Source of the DNA: Candidatus Velesiimonas alkalicola
GTDB lineage: Bacteria; Omnitrophota; Gorgyraeia; Velesiimonadales; Velesiimonadaceae
Length of the DNA stretch: 64,000 bases
Direction: 5' to 3'
Assembly: GCA_013626165.1 (NCBI GenBank)
Contig: NDHX01000007.1
Span: forward strand, 6,560-70,559
The position numbers and the translations under genes were made by a program. Below are positions 41,023-50,899 of this stretch, piece after piece. How positions within the stretch are numbered: position 1 is the stretch's first letter; each line of letters begins with the position of its first letter. The notes below the pieces were generated by a model that was not told where the DNA came from, did not search any database, and saw nothing but the letters and a program-made list of their open reading frames with translations.

Positions 41023-41218
41023 ATCCGTAAACCGTAGACCGTATTCTGTCGTTAGTATATCGCTCACCGTAACACCAGAGCACCAGAGCACCAGAGCACC
41101 AGAGCACCAGAGCACCAGAGCACCAGTTGCCCGTTACCTATGTTCTGATACCTTGAACCCTGTCTGCCGCAGGCTGGAACAGAATACGGGAGATAGACAA
41201 CTGACAACAGGCAACGGC
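41023..41218. repeat. (CACCAGAG)x6 array (41073-41126) nested inside an inverted CCGTATTCTG...CAGAATACGG pair
   Basis: Direct reading of the dnaB-bamA intergenic region. Confidence 0.88.
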
Positions 41219-41219
41219 T

Positions 41220-42578
41220 TTAGTATCCATCTTCTATTGGGCTTTTATTCCCAAATCTTGTGTATTCCTTAAGAAATACAAGGTCTATGGCGCCTGTAGG
41301 ACCATTTCTTTGTTTTGCAACCTTAAGTTTGACAGTATGACCCTGTTTCTTAGAAGCATCGCCTTGTGAAAAACTATCTTCTTCATCCTGTTCAGTATCT
41401 CTCCACAACATAAAAACCACATCGGCATCCTGCTCAAGGGAACCACTCTCTCTTAAATCTGAAAGACGGGGTTCGCTGTTTTTTCTGTCTCTTCGCTCCG
41501 GCTCTCTTGATAACTGGCATAATGCAAGAACAGGTATTTTCAATTCTTTCGCCATTGATTTTAATGCTCTTGATATGTCAGAAACCTCCTGTTGTCTGTT
41601 TTCAAACCTTCTTTCGCCATGTGTCATAAGTTGCAGATAATCTATCGCAATAAGACCGATATCATATTTCCGTTTTAGCCTTCGTGTAGCAGCCCGTAGT
41701 TGCACAGGAGTTAAGACAGCACTTTCATTAATATATATTTTAAGTTCATTCAATTTACCGGCTGCAATTTGTATATCTGCCCATTGATTGGCTATTCTCC
41801 CCTGTCTTATATTATGACTGTTCACCCTTGCGCAGGAACAAAGCATACGGAAGGTAAGCTCCATTTTAGACATCTCAAGGCTGAATATAGCAACAGGAAT
41901 ATTATTTGAGGCAGCATTTTCTGCAACACAACACATAAACGAAGTTTTACCGATGCTGGGTCTTGCAGCAAGCAATGTTAACTCACCCGGTTGCAGCCCC
42001 CTTGTCAGTCCATCAAGTTCATAAAAACCAGTTAAAACAACCCCGGGTTCTTTATTTCCCTGTGAAACCGAATCTATCATTGCAACAGTTTCATGCAATA
42101 CCTCAGAGATGGGAAACTCTTTTTGAGTATATCTATCTGTGGAAATAGAATATATCCTGCTTTCTGCTATATCAAGCATATCTTCAGCAGACACATTCTG
42201 TTCATATGAGGATGTTGCAATCTCAGAGCAATAGTGGATAAGTTTTCTAAGAGTGGCTTTTTCTTTTACAATCTGTGCATAATAATTACAGTTAGCAGCA
42301 GTTGGAACAGACAAGGCAATACTTGTAATAGCAGTAGGACCACCCACTGTATCAAGTACATTATCTTTTTTAAGTTGCTCTATAAGTGTAAGACTATCCA
42401 GGGGTTGGTTCTGTTGATGAAGTTTTTTTAAAGCATTAAATATTTTTGCATGTGATTCTTTATAAAAATCATCCGCCGTAAGAGTAGAGAATACTTCTTC
42501 TGCTACTTCTATTTCAAGTATCATGCTTCCAAGAACAGCCATTTCTGCTTCACAATTTTGTGGAGGAAGTCTTTCCAT
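41220..42578 (-). CDS. dnaB: Replicative DNA helicase
   Basis: PPQN.EAE.AVLG, ARPSIGKT, IDYLQL, QLSR, DLRESGSLEQDAD, KQRNGP. Confidence 0.98.
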   Translation of the reverse strand: MERLPPQNCEAEMAVLGSMILEIEVAEEVFSTLTADDFYKESHAKIFNALKKLHQQNQPLDSLTLIEQLKKDNVLDTVGGPTAITSIALSVPTAANCNYYAQIVKEKATLRKLIHYCSEIATSSYEQNVSAEDMLDIAESRIYSISTDRYTQKEFPISEVLHETVAMIDSVSQGNKEPGVVLTGFYELDGLTRGLQPGELTLLAARPSIGKTSFMCCVAENAASNNIPVAIFSLEMSKMELTFRMLCSCARVNSHNIRQGRIANQWADIQIAAGKLNELKIYINESAVLTPVQLRAATRRLKRKYDIGLIAIDYLQLMTHGERRFENRQQEVSDISRALKSMAKELKIPVLALCQLSREPERRDRKNSEPRLSDLRESGSLEQDADVVFMLWRDTEQDEEDSFSQGDASKKQGHTVKLKVAKQRNGPTGAIDLVFLKEYTRFGNKSPIEDGY

Positions 42579-42579
42579 T

Positions 42580-43023
42580 TCACTCTTTAATAACCCAAAC
42601 CTTAAGACTTGCAATTATATCTTTGTAAGGATGAACCTGGACAGTATAAACCCCTAATGTTTTTATCTCTTCTGTTATGTGAACATTCCTTTTATCAATA
42701 GAAATACCCTGCTCTTTTAAGGCATTTACTATATCAGAGGATGTTACAGTGCCAAAGATTTTATCTTCTTCTCCTGCTTTCATACGAATTGTTACAGAGG
42801 TATTAGAAATATTTTTTGCAACCTGTTCCATATCCTGTCTTATTTTAACTTGCAGAGCTTCCTGATGTTTTTTTTCATTTTCTATTTGTTGTGCAATTTT
42901 TTTAGAATATTCAACTGCTAACCCTCTTGGGATAAGATAATTCCTTGCATAGCCGTCTTTTACATCCTGAATATTTCCAATTTTACCAATATTTTCAACA
43001 TCTTTTCTAAAAATAATTTTCAT
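42580..43023 (-). CDS. rplI: 50S ribosomal protein L9
   Basis: [25 protein letters not shown]. Confidence 0.97.
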   Translation of the reverse strand: MKIIFRKDVENIGKIGNIQDVKDGYARNYLIPRGLAVEYSKKIAQQIENEKKHQEALQVKIRQDMEQVAKNISNTSVTIRMKAGEEDKIFGTVTSSDIVNALKEQGISIDKRNVHITEEIKTLGVYTVQVHPYKDIIASLKVWVIKE

Positions 43024-43029
43024 AATTTA

Positions 43030-43219
43030 ACTGAAATTCCAACATAAGGATGAAATACGAACTCATTCCCCTTTTTCTTAAAAGGGGTGGCAACGAAGTT
43101 GACGGGGTATTCAATGCTACCTTATAACCCAATACCCCACCTGCTAACGCAGGCACCCCTTTACGAAAGGGGAATTAAATACTTGTTTAATCCTTATAAT
43201 TCTTATGTCGGAATTTCAC
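43030..43219. mobile_element. About 190-bp MITE-like element, copy 1
   Basis: TIRs TGAAATTCC(A/G)ACATAAG; internal inverted TTCCCCTTT..AAAGGGG hairpins; near-identical copy at 46848-47043. Confidence 0.9.
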
Positions 43220-43221
43220 TC

Positions 43222-43467
43222 CTAAGCCACAGAACCTGTTGGTAAAAGAGCAAGGTAACGGGCCCGTTTGACTGCTCTGGCAAGTGACCTTTGATGCCAC
43301 GCACAGGTGCCTGTTATGCGAGACGGAATCATCTTCCCTCTCTCTGTAATATATTTTGCAAGCTTTCCCGAATCTTTATAGTCTATATCTTTTGTATTAT
43401 CTTTACAAAATGTACAAAAAGAAGATCTGACTGTAAAAAATCTTCTTCTATTCACCTTTTTTTCCAT
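43222..43467 (-). CDS. rpsR: 30S ribosomal protein S18 (Zn-binding form)
   Basis: CTFC, IDYKD, ERGKM.P.RITG.CA.HQR. Confidence 0.96.
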   Translation of the reverse strand: MEKKVNRRRFFTVRSSFCTFCKDNTKDIDYKDSGKLAKYITERGKMIPSRITGTCAWHQRSLARAVKRARYLALLPTGSVA

Positions 43468-43480
43468 ATCTCCTCTCATA

Positions 43481-43527
43481 AGAGCACCAGAGCACCAGAG
43501 CACCAGGCACCGGAGCACCGGAACACC
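43481..43527. repeat. Octamer array (GCACCAGA)n
   Basis: About 6 units between ssb and rpsR. Confidence 0.88.
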
Positions 43528-43542
43528 TGTCGCCTGTTTTTA

Positions 43543-43968
43543 TTAAAATGGAACATTTTTATTAGAATTTGCTTCTGGAGTTGGTTGTTCATGTGCCTCT
43601 GCTGATTCAGATGTTTCTTCAGAGGGGGGTATTTCTTTTAGTCTTGAAAGGAATTGAACATTTATTGCAACAACCTCCGTGGTGGTTCTTTCTATTTTAT
43701 CATCCCCAACCCATTTTCTTGTTTGAATACGACCTTCAACAAAAACTGAACTGCCTTTGGATAAGTATTTGTTGCAGCTTTCGGCGTTTTTTCCCCATGC
43801 AACTATTCTGATAAATGTGGCTTCTTCTTTTTTCTCCCCTGTTGCAAGTTTGAAAACACGATTTACAGCAATTGAAAATGTTGCCACAGCCTGCCCGCTT
43901 GCTATATACCTCAATTCAGGATCTCTTGTAAGATTACCTATTAAAAATACACGATTAAAACTCGCCAT
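43543..43968 (-). CDS. ssb: Single-stranded DNA-binding protein
   Basis: NRVFLIGNLTRDPELRY, C-terminal VPF. Confidence 0.97.
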   Translation of the reverse strand: MASFNRVFLIGNLTRDPELRYIASGQAVATFSIAVNRVFKLATGEKKEEATFIRIVAWGKNAESCNKYLSKGSSVFVEGRIQTRKWVGDDKIERTTTEVVAINVQFLSRLKEIPPSEETSESAEAHEQPTPEANSNKNVPF

Positions 43969-44094
43969 ACCTCTCCCTCTTTCCAGGGCACAAGAGCACA
44001 CCAGGCGAAAGTCACTGGTATGCTCCAATGCTCTATTGCTTAAATCATCAGTCGTCTATTTTTCGTAACTGACCCCTGCTTTCACGAGGACAAG

Positions 44095-44412
44095 TTATTT
44101 TTTACCTCGTTGTTTTTGTTCACATAAAAATATCCCAAATCTTAAAATCCCATCCTGGAGCCTGTAGATTCTTTCAAGTATTCTAACGGAAGACGGTTCT
44201 ATTTCAAACAAAAATCTTGTATATCCCCCTTCTGTTTGCTTTTGTATGGTATAGGAAAGCTTTCTCTTGCCTAAACTCTGTTTCTCCAGAATCTTGCCCC
44301 CCTGTTTTGTAATGTTTTCCTCTATCTGTCCCAGGAGCTGTTCCTCATCTTCTTTTAAAAAGACAACTTTTGTTACAAACATCCCTTCATAAACCCTCAC
44401 CCTCTGCAACAC
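44095..44412 (-). CDS. rpsF: 30S ribosomal protein S6
   Basis: YEGMF, G.RKL.Y.I.K..EG.Y, ILR; rpsF-ssb-rpsR synteny; start uncertain by a few codons. Confidence 0.92.
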   Translation of the reverse strand: MLQRVRVYEGMFVTKVVFLKEDEEQLLGQIEENITKQGGKILEKQSLGKRKLSYTIQKQTEGGYTRFLFEIEPSSVRILERIYRLQDGILRFGIFLCEQKQRGKK

Positions 44413-44472
44413 CTCCTTTTACAGCAATAAAACCAGTTATATGATAGGTCTCTCGGGAAACTCCCCGAGCCG

Positions 44473-45027
44473 TCAGTTATATTTATGCATTGTTTCATCT
44501 GTTCCATTTTTAACCCAAAACTCACAAACATCAACGGATTCTTTTAATATAACCTCTATTTTTTTAATATCCTGCTTTCCCATGTGTAAAAGAACAAATT
44601 TCTCAAGACTTATTCCTGTGGGTTTCGGACCTATCCCTATTCTTAACCTTGGAAATTCATTTGTTCGCAAATAATGTATTATTGATTGTAATCCTTTATG
44701 TCCGCCCGCCGAACCCCTTTTCCTTATCCTTACCTGTCCTGCGGGCAACGATATATCATCTAATACAATGAGAAGATTATCAAGACAAATATGTTTATTT
44801 TTTATAATTTCATAAACCGCAACTCCGCTTTTATTCATAAATGTAAGAGGAAGAACAAGCAAAGTTTTTTTACCATCTACAATAATTTCACATATTTTAG
44901 AGTTATAAAATTTTCGGAATTTTTTATTATGTTGTTTTGCAAGAAATACTACAACATTATACCCGAGATTATGCCTGGTGTCTTGATATTTTTCTTCTGG
45001 ATTTCCAAGCCCAACAATACAGTGCAA
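44473..45027 (-). CDS. pth: Peptidyl-tRNA hydrolase
   Basis: VGLGNP..Y..TRHN.G, TFMN.SG, GGHKG, RLRIGIG. Confidence 0.97.
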   Translation of the reverse strand: MHCIVGLGNPEEKYQDTRHNLGYNVVVFLAKQHNKKFRKFYNSKICEIIVDGKKTLLVLPLTFMNKSGVAVYEIIKNKHICLDNLLIVLDDISLPAGQVRIRKRGSAGGHKGLQSIIHYLRTNEFPRLRIGIGPKPTGISLEKFVLLHMGKQDIKKIEVILKESVDVCEFWVKNGTDETMHKYN

Positions 45028-45029
45028 AA

Positions 45030-45707
45030 CTACTCCTTAGTCTTTTCTTTCTTTTTATCTTCTTCGGGTTCTTCTTCCATCTTCTTTTCTTTTATAACCT
45101 CAGGCTCTGCTATAGCAACACCAGGCAGTACCTCTTCAACTTTCTCCTCAACAGGTGCAGCAACACTTATAACTACAAGTTCCATATCACGCATTATACG
45201 GACACCTTCAGGCAATTTTAATTCCTTCAGATGTATTGCATCACCTATGTTTAGATTTGATACATTTACATCTATCTTATCCGGTATATTCGTTGGCAGA
45301 CACTCAACCTCAACTTCCCACATAATATGTTGTAAAAGGCCTCCTTCTTTTACGCCCGGTGCAGAGCCTTTTACCGATATCGGAACTGTAATTCTTAACT
45401 TCTCTGTAAGAAGTATCTGATTAAAATCTATATGAAGAAGTTTTCCATGTACCGGGTCATATTGTAATTCTTTTATTATTACTGTTCTATCCTTGTTTTC
45501 TCCTTTTAATTTCAGATTTATCAAAATATTTTCACTCCCTGATGTTTTAAACACTTTATTCAAGTCACCAATCTTTACCTGGATAGGAACAGCGTCTTTT
45601 CCTTTTCTATAAACTACTGCTGGAATAATAGAAGACTTCCTTAATGCTTTAACCCTTGATTTTCCCTTTTCTTCTCGGACATCTGCGCCCAATGTAACCT
45701 GTTTCAT
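45030..45707 (-). CDS. rplY: 50S ribosomal protein L25 / Ctc
   Basis: IPAVVY, HIDF, long Ctc form with acidic tail. Confidence 0.96.
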   Translation of the reverse strand: MKQVTLGADVREEKGKSRVKALRKSSIIPAVVYRKGKDAVPIQVKIGDLNKVFKTSGSENILINLKLKGENKDRTVIIKELQYDPVHGKLLHIDFNQILLTEKLRITVPISVKGSAPGVKEGGLLQHIMWEVEVECLPTNIPDKIDVNVSNLNIGDAIHLKELKLPEGVRIMRDMELVVISVAAPVEEKVEEVLPGVAIAEPEVIKEKKMEEEPEEDKKKEKTKE

Positions 45708-45716
45708 GTTTCCTTT

Positions 45717-46658
45717 CTAGTTAAATAAAATACTTACCGATTCTTCTTTATGAATTCTTCTTATAGCTTCTCCTAGAAGTGGTGCTATAGATAGAACAAG
45801 TATTTTGTCTATTTGTTTATCTGCGGCAAGTGGTATTGTATCTGTCACAACAAGTTTTTCAATACTGGAGCCTCGTATCCTTTCAATGGCAGGTCCTGCT
45901 AACACAGGATGTGTTACAGCCGCATATACCGTTTTGGACCCTGCTTTTTTAAGTGCATCTGCGGCCTCAACAAGTGTCCCGGCGGTAGAAACAAGGTCAT
46001 CTACTATAACAACATCTCTATCCTTTACCTCTCCTAATATGTTCATCACTTCTATTTCCCTATCATTTACCCTTTGTTTGTCAACAACAGCAAGGGATGC
46101 CTTTAAACGTTTTGCATATGCCCGTGCCATTTTAATTCCCCCAACATCAGGTGATACAACAACAGGATTTTTAAGCCTCTGCTTTTCAAAATATTCTACA
46201 AACTCGTTTACTGCAAAAAGATGGTCAACAGGAATATCAAAAAAGCCTTGTATCTGCCCTGCATGTAAATCAACAGTGAGCACCCTGTTTGCACCGGCAA
46301 TCGTAATAAGATTTGCAACAAGTTTTGCCGTAATAGGAACCCTGGGTCTGTCTTTCCTGTCCTGCCTTGTATACCCGAAATATGGCATAATAGCAGTTAT
46401 TCTTCTTGCCGATGCCCTTTTAAGTGTATCAAAAAAAATTAATAATTCTACAAGATTTTCATTCACAGGTGTACAGGTTGACTGAACTATAAATACATCT
46501 CTTCCCCTTACATCTTCATCTACTTTTATATGTGTTTCACCGTCCGGAAAATTAGTAATACATACATTGCCCTGTTGAATATCTAAATATTTACATATTT
46601 TTTCTGTCAATTTATGATTTGATGAACCAGAAAAAATTGCCAATTCTACCTTATCCAT
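45717..46658 (-). CDS. prs: Ribose-phosphate pyrophosphokinase
   Basis: FPDGE, DLHAGQIQGFF, SPDVGG, VDDLVSTAGT. Confidence 0.98.
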   Translation of the reverse strand: MDKVELAIFSGSSNHKLTEKICKYLDIQQGNVCITNFPDGETHIKVDEDVRGRDVFIVQSTCTPVNENLVELLIFFDTLKRASARRITAIMPYFGYTRQDRKDRPRVPITAKLVANLITIAGANRVLTVDLHAGQIQGFFDIPVDHLFAVNEFVEYFEKQRLKNPVVVSPDVGGIKMARAYAKRLKASLAVVDKQRVNDREIEVMNILGEVKDRDVVIVDDLVSTAGTLVEAADALKKAGSKTVYAAVTHPVLAGPAIERIRGSSIEKLVVTDTIPLAADKQIDKILVLSIAPLLGEAIRRIHKEESVSILFN

Positions 46659-46713
46659 AATCTTACTCTCCCCCCCTTTTAGAACAACAGACACCAGAGA
46701 AGTGACTAGTTTA

Positions 46714-46741
46714 CTGGTGCTCTGATGCACTGGTGTTCTGG
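46714..46741. repeat. Degenerate octamer array
   Basis: ctggtgctctgatgcactggtgttctgg. Confidence 0.7.
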
Positions 46742-46745
46742 GAGA

Positions 46746-47075
46746 TTATGCCGCTTCTTTTTCCATTACAATTTTTGGTTTTTCACCTCAGGTGCAATCA
46801 GGATGGATGACGCACTGTTTTACACCTTGCATTGAAGGTATTTCATAACTGAAATTCCGACATGGGGATGAAATACGAACTCATTCCCCTTTTCTCAAAA
46901 AGGGGTGGCAGACCGAAGGTCTGACGGGGTATTCAATGCTACCTTATAACCCAATACCCCGCCTGGCTAACGCAGGCACCCCTTTACGAAAGGGGAATTA
47001 AATACTTGTTTAATCCTTATAATCCTTATGTCGGAATTTCGGTATTTCATACATAACATTTAACATTATTTCTTC
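46746..47075 (-). pseudogene. clpX: C-terminal remnant of clpX, split by a MITE
   Basis: Removing 46848-47051 gives EEIMLNVMYEIPSMQGVKQCVIHPDCT*GEKPKIVMEKEAA*, matching the ClpX C-terminus (IMLD.MY..PS...V..C.I). Confidence 0.72.
46848..47043. mobile_element. About 195-bp MITE-like element, copy 2
   Basis: Near-identical to 43030-43219; direct repeat GGTATTTCATA at 46837-46847 and 47041-47051. Confidence 0.9.
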
Positions 47076-47155
47076 TTATGACGGTTTGCTCTCAGCCTCT
47101 TCTTTCTTTTATGTTTTGCCATTTTTGCTTTTTTGCGTTTTCTCCCGCAAGGCAT
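47066..47155 (-). CDS. 29-aa basic peptide, AURKAIP1/COX24 (bS22/mS38-like) family, copy A
   Basis: MPCGRKRKKAKMAKHKRKKRLRANRHKKK; G-rich SD upstream. Confidence 0.85.
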   Translation of the reverse strand: MPCGRKRKKAKMAKHKRKKRLRANRHKKK

Positions 47156-47215
47156 ACAAACATCCCCCTTTCTGTTATTCTATTGTTAAGAACCTGTAAG
47201 TTCTAATTCCCCTCA

Positions 47216-47284
47216 CACCAGTGCACCAGACCGGTGACTGATGCACCAGACTGGTGACTGGTGCTCCGGTGCTCTGGTGCTCTG
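47216..47284. repeat. Inverted octamer arrays
   Basis: caccagtgcaccaga...ctggtgctccggtgctctggtgctctg. Confidence 0.8.
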
Positions 47285-47304
47285 TTCATACATAACATTT
47301 AACA

Positions 47305-47394
47305 TTATTTCTTCTTATGACGGTTTGCTCTCAGCCTCTTCTTTCTTTTATGTTTTGCCATTTTTGCTTTTTTGCGTTTTCTCCCGCAAGGCAT
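47305..47394 (-). CDS. 29-aa basic peptide, AURKAIP1/COX24 (bS22/mS38-like) family, copy B
   Basis: Identical to 47066-47155 (offset 239 bp). Confidence 0.85.
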   Translation of the reverse strand: MPCGRKRKKAKMAKHKRKKRLRANRHKKK

Positions 47395-47418
47395 ACAAAC
47401 ATCCCCCCCCTTCTGTTT

Positions 47419-47462
47419 AGAGCACTAGGCACCAGAGCACCAGACTGGTGACTGGTGCTCTG
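47419..47462. repeat. Inverted octamer arrays
   Basis: agagcactaggcaccagagcaccagactggtgactggtgctctg. Confidence 0.8.
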
Positions 47463-47466
47463 CTAA

Positions 47467-48351
47467 CTATGGTATCACTTTATTTAGCGCATATTCTACT
47501 ATCCCCTCTGCTCCTGTTTTGAGAAGTTTCGGTATTAAATCTCTTACAATCTTCTCATCAATAATTGTATCTACATCATACCATCCTTTTGTGGAAAGAG
47601 GTGCAACTGTGGGTTTTTTCATGGCCGGTAATATTGAAAGAACTTTTTTTAAGTTTTTTGAATGGACATTCATCTTTAAACCAACCTTTTCCTCTGCAAA
47701 AATAGCGCCCCTTAACAAAAGTGCTATTGTTTGCATCTTATTTCTTTTCCATAAATCGGACCAGGAACTGTGTGAAGATATAAACTGCGTTTTTGATATG
47801 CATACATTATCAATAATCTTTAACCTATTTGTGCGAAGTGAAGAGCCTGTTTCTGTTAATTCTACAATTGCATCTACAAGTCCCAGCGCCGGCTTTACTT
47901 CTGTTGCTCCCCAACTAAATTCAACATCTGCATGGACATTATGATTTTTAAGATATTTTTTTGTAACCTGCACAAGCTCTGTGGCAATTCTTTTCCCTTC
48001 CAAATCTTTTACGGATTCTATATTAGAATCTTTCAGAACGGCAAGCACCCATCTAACAGGACCAGATGTAGCCTTTGAATATGTAAGTTCACATACCTGT
48101 ACCACATCACAATCATTCTCATTCACCCAGTCCTGTCCTGTTATTCCACAATCCAGAACGCCTGCTGCAACATATCGTGGCATTTCCTGTGCTCTTATAA
48201 GCAGTGCCTCTATCTGTTCATCATCCACAACAGGATAATATGACCTTTCGCTTACATAGATATTAAACCCAGCCTTCTTAAACATCTTTATAGTTGATTC
48301 CTGAAGGCTTCCTTTTGGGAGTCCCAATTTTAGTTTTTTATTGGGTTTCAT
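47467..48351 (-). CDS. hisG: ATP phosphoribosyltransferase (long form)
   Basis: LPKGSL, RAQE.P.YV..G..D.GITG.D, GATE, TETGSSL. Confidence 0.96.
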   Translation of the reverse strand: MKPNKKLKLGLPKGSLQESTIKMFKKAGFNIYVSERSYYPVVDDEQIEALLIRAQEMPRYVAAGVLDCGITGQDWVNENDCDVVQVCELTYSKATSGPVRWVLAVLKDSNIESVKDLEGKRIATELVQVTKKYLKNHNVHADVEFSWGATEVKPALGLVDAIVELTETGSSLRTNRLKIIDNVCISKTQFISSHSSWSDLWKRNKMQTIALLLRGAIFAEEKVGLKMNVHSKNLKKVLSILPAMKKPTVAPLSTKGWYDVDTIIDEKIVRDLIPKLLKTGAEGIVEYALNKVIP

Positions 48352-49933
48352 TTAATTTTTTCTCAAGCGCAAGACCGATTTTCTTTTGTTTTTCGTCAAT
48401 TTTTATAACTTTTACCAAAACCTTCATCCCCTCTTTAAAAAACTCATTAATATTTTTGTTTTCAGGGATGTTCAATCCAGATATATGGATTAGCCCTTCT
48501 ACCGCAGATGTGGGTGATTGTAGATTTTGTTCAAGTTCAACAAATGTACCGAAATTTGTGATCTTACATATAATGCCCTCCACAACCCTGCCCACGGTAT
48601 ATTTTTCAACAATACCTGGCCAGGGGTTTTCTTGCAACTGCTTCAGACCCAATGATATCTTCTGTCCATCCGTATCTATTGCAAGAACAATCACACTGAG
48701 CCTTTCGCCCTTTTTAAATACTTCTGAAGGGTGATTGATATACCTTGTCCAACTTATATCAGAGTTATGTATAATACCGTCTATACCGCCTTCTAATTCT
48801 ACAATTGCCCCCTGCTCTGAAAATGCTTTGATAACTCCTTCTGCCTGTGAGCCTACATTAAATCTTTCTTCTATGTTTTCCCAAGGATTGGGTTCCAACT
48901 GCTTTAAGCCGAGTGCAATCCGCTGGTTTGCCCTTTCTATACTTAAAACCGCTGCTGTAACAATATCTCCCAATTTAAACATCTCCTGCGGGTGGTTAAT
49001 TTTTCTTGTCCATGAGAATTCTGAAATGTGCGCAAGCCCTTCTATGCCGTTTTCTAATTCTACAAACACACCATAAGAAACGATATTTACTACTTTTCCC
49101 TGCACCTTCGTCCCAATGGGATACTTTTCTTCTATACTTTCCCAGGGATTTGCAGACATCTGTTTCATTCCTAATGAAATTTTCTGTTTTTCCTTATCCA
49201 CATTAAGAACCATTACCTCAACTTCTTTCCCCATGAAAAGATATTCTGATGGATGTTTAATCCTGCCCCATGTTATGTCCGTAATATGAAGAAGACCGTC
49301 AACCCCTCCTATATCAATAAACGCACCGAAACCTGTTATATTCTTTATGATGCCTTTTTTTATCTGACCCGGTTCAAGCGATTGAAGGATTTTTGTTCTT
49401 GTCTGTTCTTTTTCTGATGAAATTGCCTCTTTTCTTGAAAGGATAACATTTTTTCTTGTCCTGTTTATTTTCATTATCTTAAACTTTAATTTCTTCTTTT
49501 CAAACCCAGAAAGATTCTGTTTTGGATGCTGCAATATCTGTGATATCGGAAGAAATGCTTCCATTCCGATATCAACCATCAATCCCCCTTTTATCTTTTT
49601 TATAATTTTCCCCTCTATCAAATCACCTTCTTTAAAATTCTTCAATAGGTTTTCCCACCCGAACTGTCTATCTGCCTTCCTTTTTGAAAGAAGAGGCATA
49701 CCATCTTCCCCTTCAACCTCATCAACAATGGCAAGTATCTTGTCACCAGGTTTTAAGTCTATTATGTCTGTTACTTCTTCAGATGGGATTCTCCCCTCAG
49801 ATTTATAATTTATATCAACAATAACATCTTTAGAGGTTACATACAAAACTGTCCCTTCTACCAAATCCCCTTCTTTAACTGCTTTAAATGTTTGAACATA
49901 AAGTTGCTCCATCTGTTCTTTTGTCTGTTCCAT
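48338..49933 (-). CDS. rpsA: 30S ribosomal protein S1
   Basis: Six S1 repeats (FGAF.D.GG.DGLLHI, ISLG.KQ...PW). Confidence 0.97.
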   Translation of the reverse strand: MEQTKEQMEQLYVQTFKAVKEGDLVEGTVLYVTSKDVIVDINYKSEGRIPSEEVTDIIDLKPGDKILAIVDEVEGEDGMPLLSKRKADRQFGWENLLKNFKEGDLIEGKIIKKIKGGLMVDIGMEAFLPISQILQHPKQNLSGFEKKKLKFKIMKINRTRKNVILSRKEAISSEKEQTRTKILQSLEPGQIKKGIIKNITGFGAFIDIGGVDGLLHITDITWGRIKHPSEYLFMGKEVEVMVLNVDKEKQKISLGMKQMSANPWESIEEKYPIGTKVQGKVVNIVSYGVFVELENGIEGLAHISEFSWTRKINHPQEMFKLGDIVTAAVLSIERANQRIALGLKQLEPNPWENIEERFNVGSQAEGVIKAFSEQGAIVELEGGIDGIIHNSDISWTRYINHPSEVFKKGERLSVIVLAIDTDGQKISLGLKQLQENPWPGIVEKYTVGRVVEGIICKITNFGTFVELEQNLQSPTSAVEGLIHISGLNIPENKNINEFFKEGMKVLVKVIKIDEKQKKIGLALEKKLNETQ

Positions 49934-49972
49934 TTTTTAAATTTCTCCTTTTATATTAACCCTTCATTAGGG

Positions 49973-50063
49973 TATCAAGGTGTCAAGGTTTCAAGGTGTC
50001 AACGGTGAAATCTTGATTTTATCTTGATGTTTTACTCTCGATGCCTCGAAACCTTGAAATCTT
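49973..50063. repeat. Inverted octamer arrays (TCAAGGTK)n...(CCTTGAAA-type)n
   Basis: tcaaggtgtcaaggtttcaaggtgtcaacggtg ... ctcgatgcctcgaaaccttgaaatctt. Confidence 0.75.
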
Positions 50064-50065
50064 CC

Positions 50066-50899
50066 TTACCCATTTAATTCTTTCGCAATTTTCCTTACAA
50101 CCAGCCGTGGAGTGGAGGCTCCACTTATAATACCAACAGTTTTCACCTCCTTACTCAAAGATGCAGGCACCTGCTCTGTTCCTTCCAAATACCACACATT
50201 TTTACAGTGTCTCTTACATATCTTCACAAGTCTTTTTGTGTTTGCACTTGACTTGCCCCCCAGAACAATCATTGCAGAAACATTTTTAGAAAGATGGGTT
50301 GCTTCTTCCTGTCTTCTTATCACATCTTTACATATCGTATTAAATATATTAATCTCAAGCGGTGCAAAATCAAAAAACTTCTTTACTACCTTAAAATAGT
50401 TGCCAGGATCCTGTGTGGTCTGAGATACAATTCCTATTTTTTTACCCTTTATAAGATTACCTTCTAATTCTCCAATATCGCTTATAACAATCCCCTTGCT
50501 CTTACAAAATCCAAAAAGCCCACGAACCTCGGGATGTGTTTTATCTCCTACTATTATACAATAATCATATCCACTTTTAATGATATTTTTTACAATACTC
50601 TGTATTGCTATAACATTAGGGCAGGTTGCATCAACAAGTTTTACATTCTGTTTTTTTAATTTGTTTACTATTTGAGGAGAAATCCCATGCGATCTTATAA
50701 CACCTGTGCAATTTTTTAAATCCTGCCAATTATCTGCAACCTTTAAACCCTTTTTATTAAGTTCTTCAACAACATATGGGTTATGTATTAAAGGGCCTAT
50801 TGAATATGCAGGGGCATCTTTAATTGTGTCTTCGGCAATTCTTATTGCCCTTTTAACACCGTAACAAAATCCACTACACTTACCAACTATTATCTTCAA
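50066..50899 (-). CDS. ispH: 4-hydroxy-3-methylbut-2-enyl diphosphate reductase
   Basis: GFCYGVKRA, IHN, SHG, DATCP, HPEV, QTT, TIC, SANT, GASTP. Confidence 0.97.
   Translation of the reverse strand: MKIIVGKCSGFCYGVKRAIRIAEDTIKDAPAYSIGPLIHNPYVVEELNKKGLKVADNWQDLKNCTGVIRSHGISPQIVNKLKKQNVKLVDATCPNVIAIQSIVKNIIKSGYDYCIIVGDKTHPEVRGLFGFCKSKGIVISDIGELEGNLIKGKKIGIVSQTTQDPGNYFKVVKKFFDFAPLEINIFNTICKDVIRRQEEATHLSKNVSAMIVLGGKSSANTKRLVKICKRHCKNVWYLEGTEQVPASLSKEVKTVGIISGASTPRLVVRKIAKELNG

Noticed and set aside
43030-43219. 190-bp element as a ribosomal-protein leader RNA
   Set aside because: The second copy interrupts an unrelated gene remnant with a target duplication, indicating mobility
44413-44472. 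Hairpin upstream of rpsF as S6:S18 leader RNA or terminator
   Set aside because: Hairpin CTCGGGAA/TCCCCGAG is present, but there is no U-tract and I cannot match the leader consensus by eye
46659-47466. tRNA-Gln often found upstream of prs
   Set aside because: No cloverleaf or T-loop motif; the region is explained by the MITE, duplication and clpX remnant
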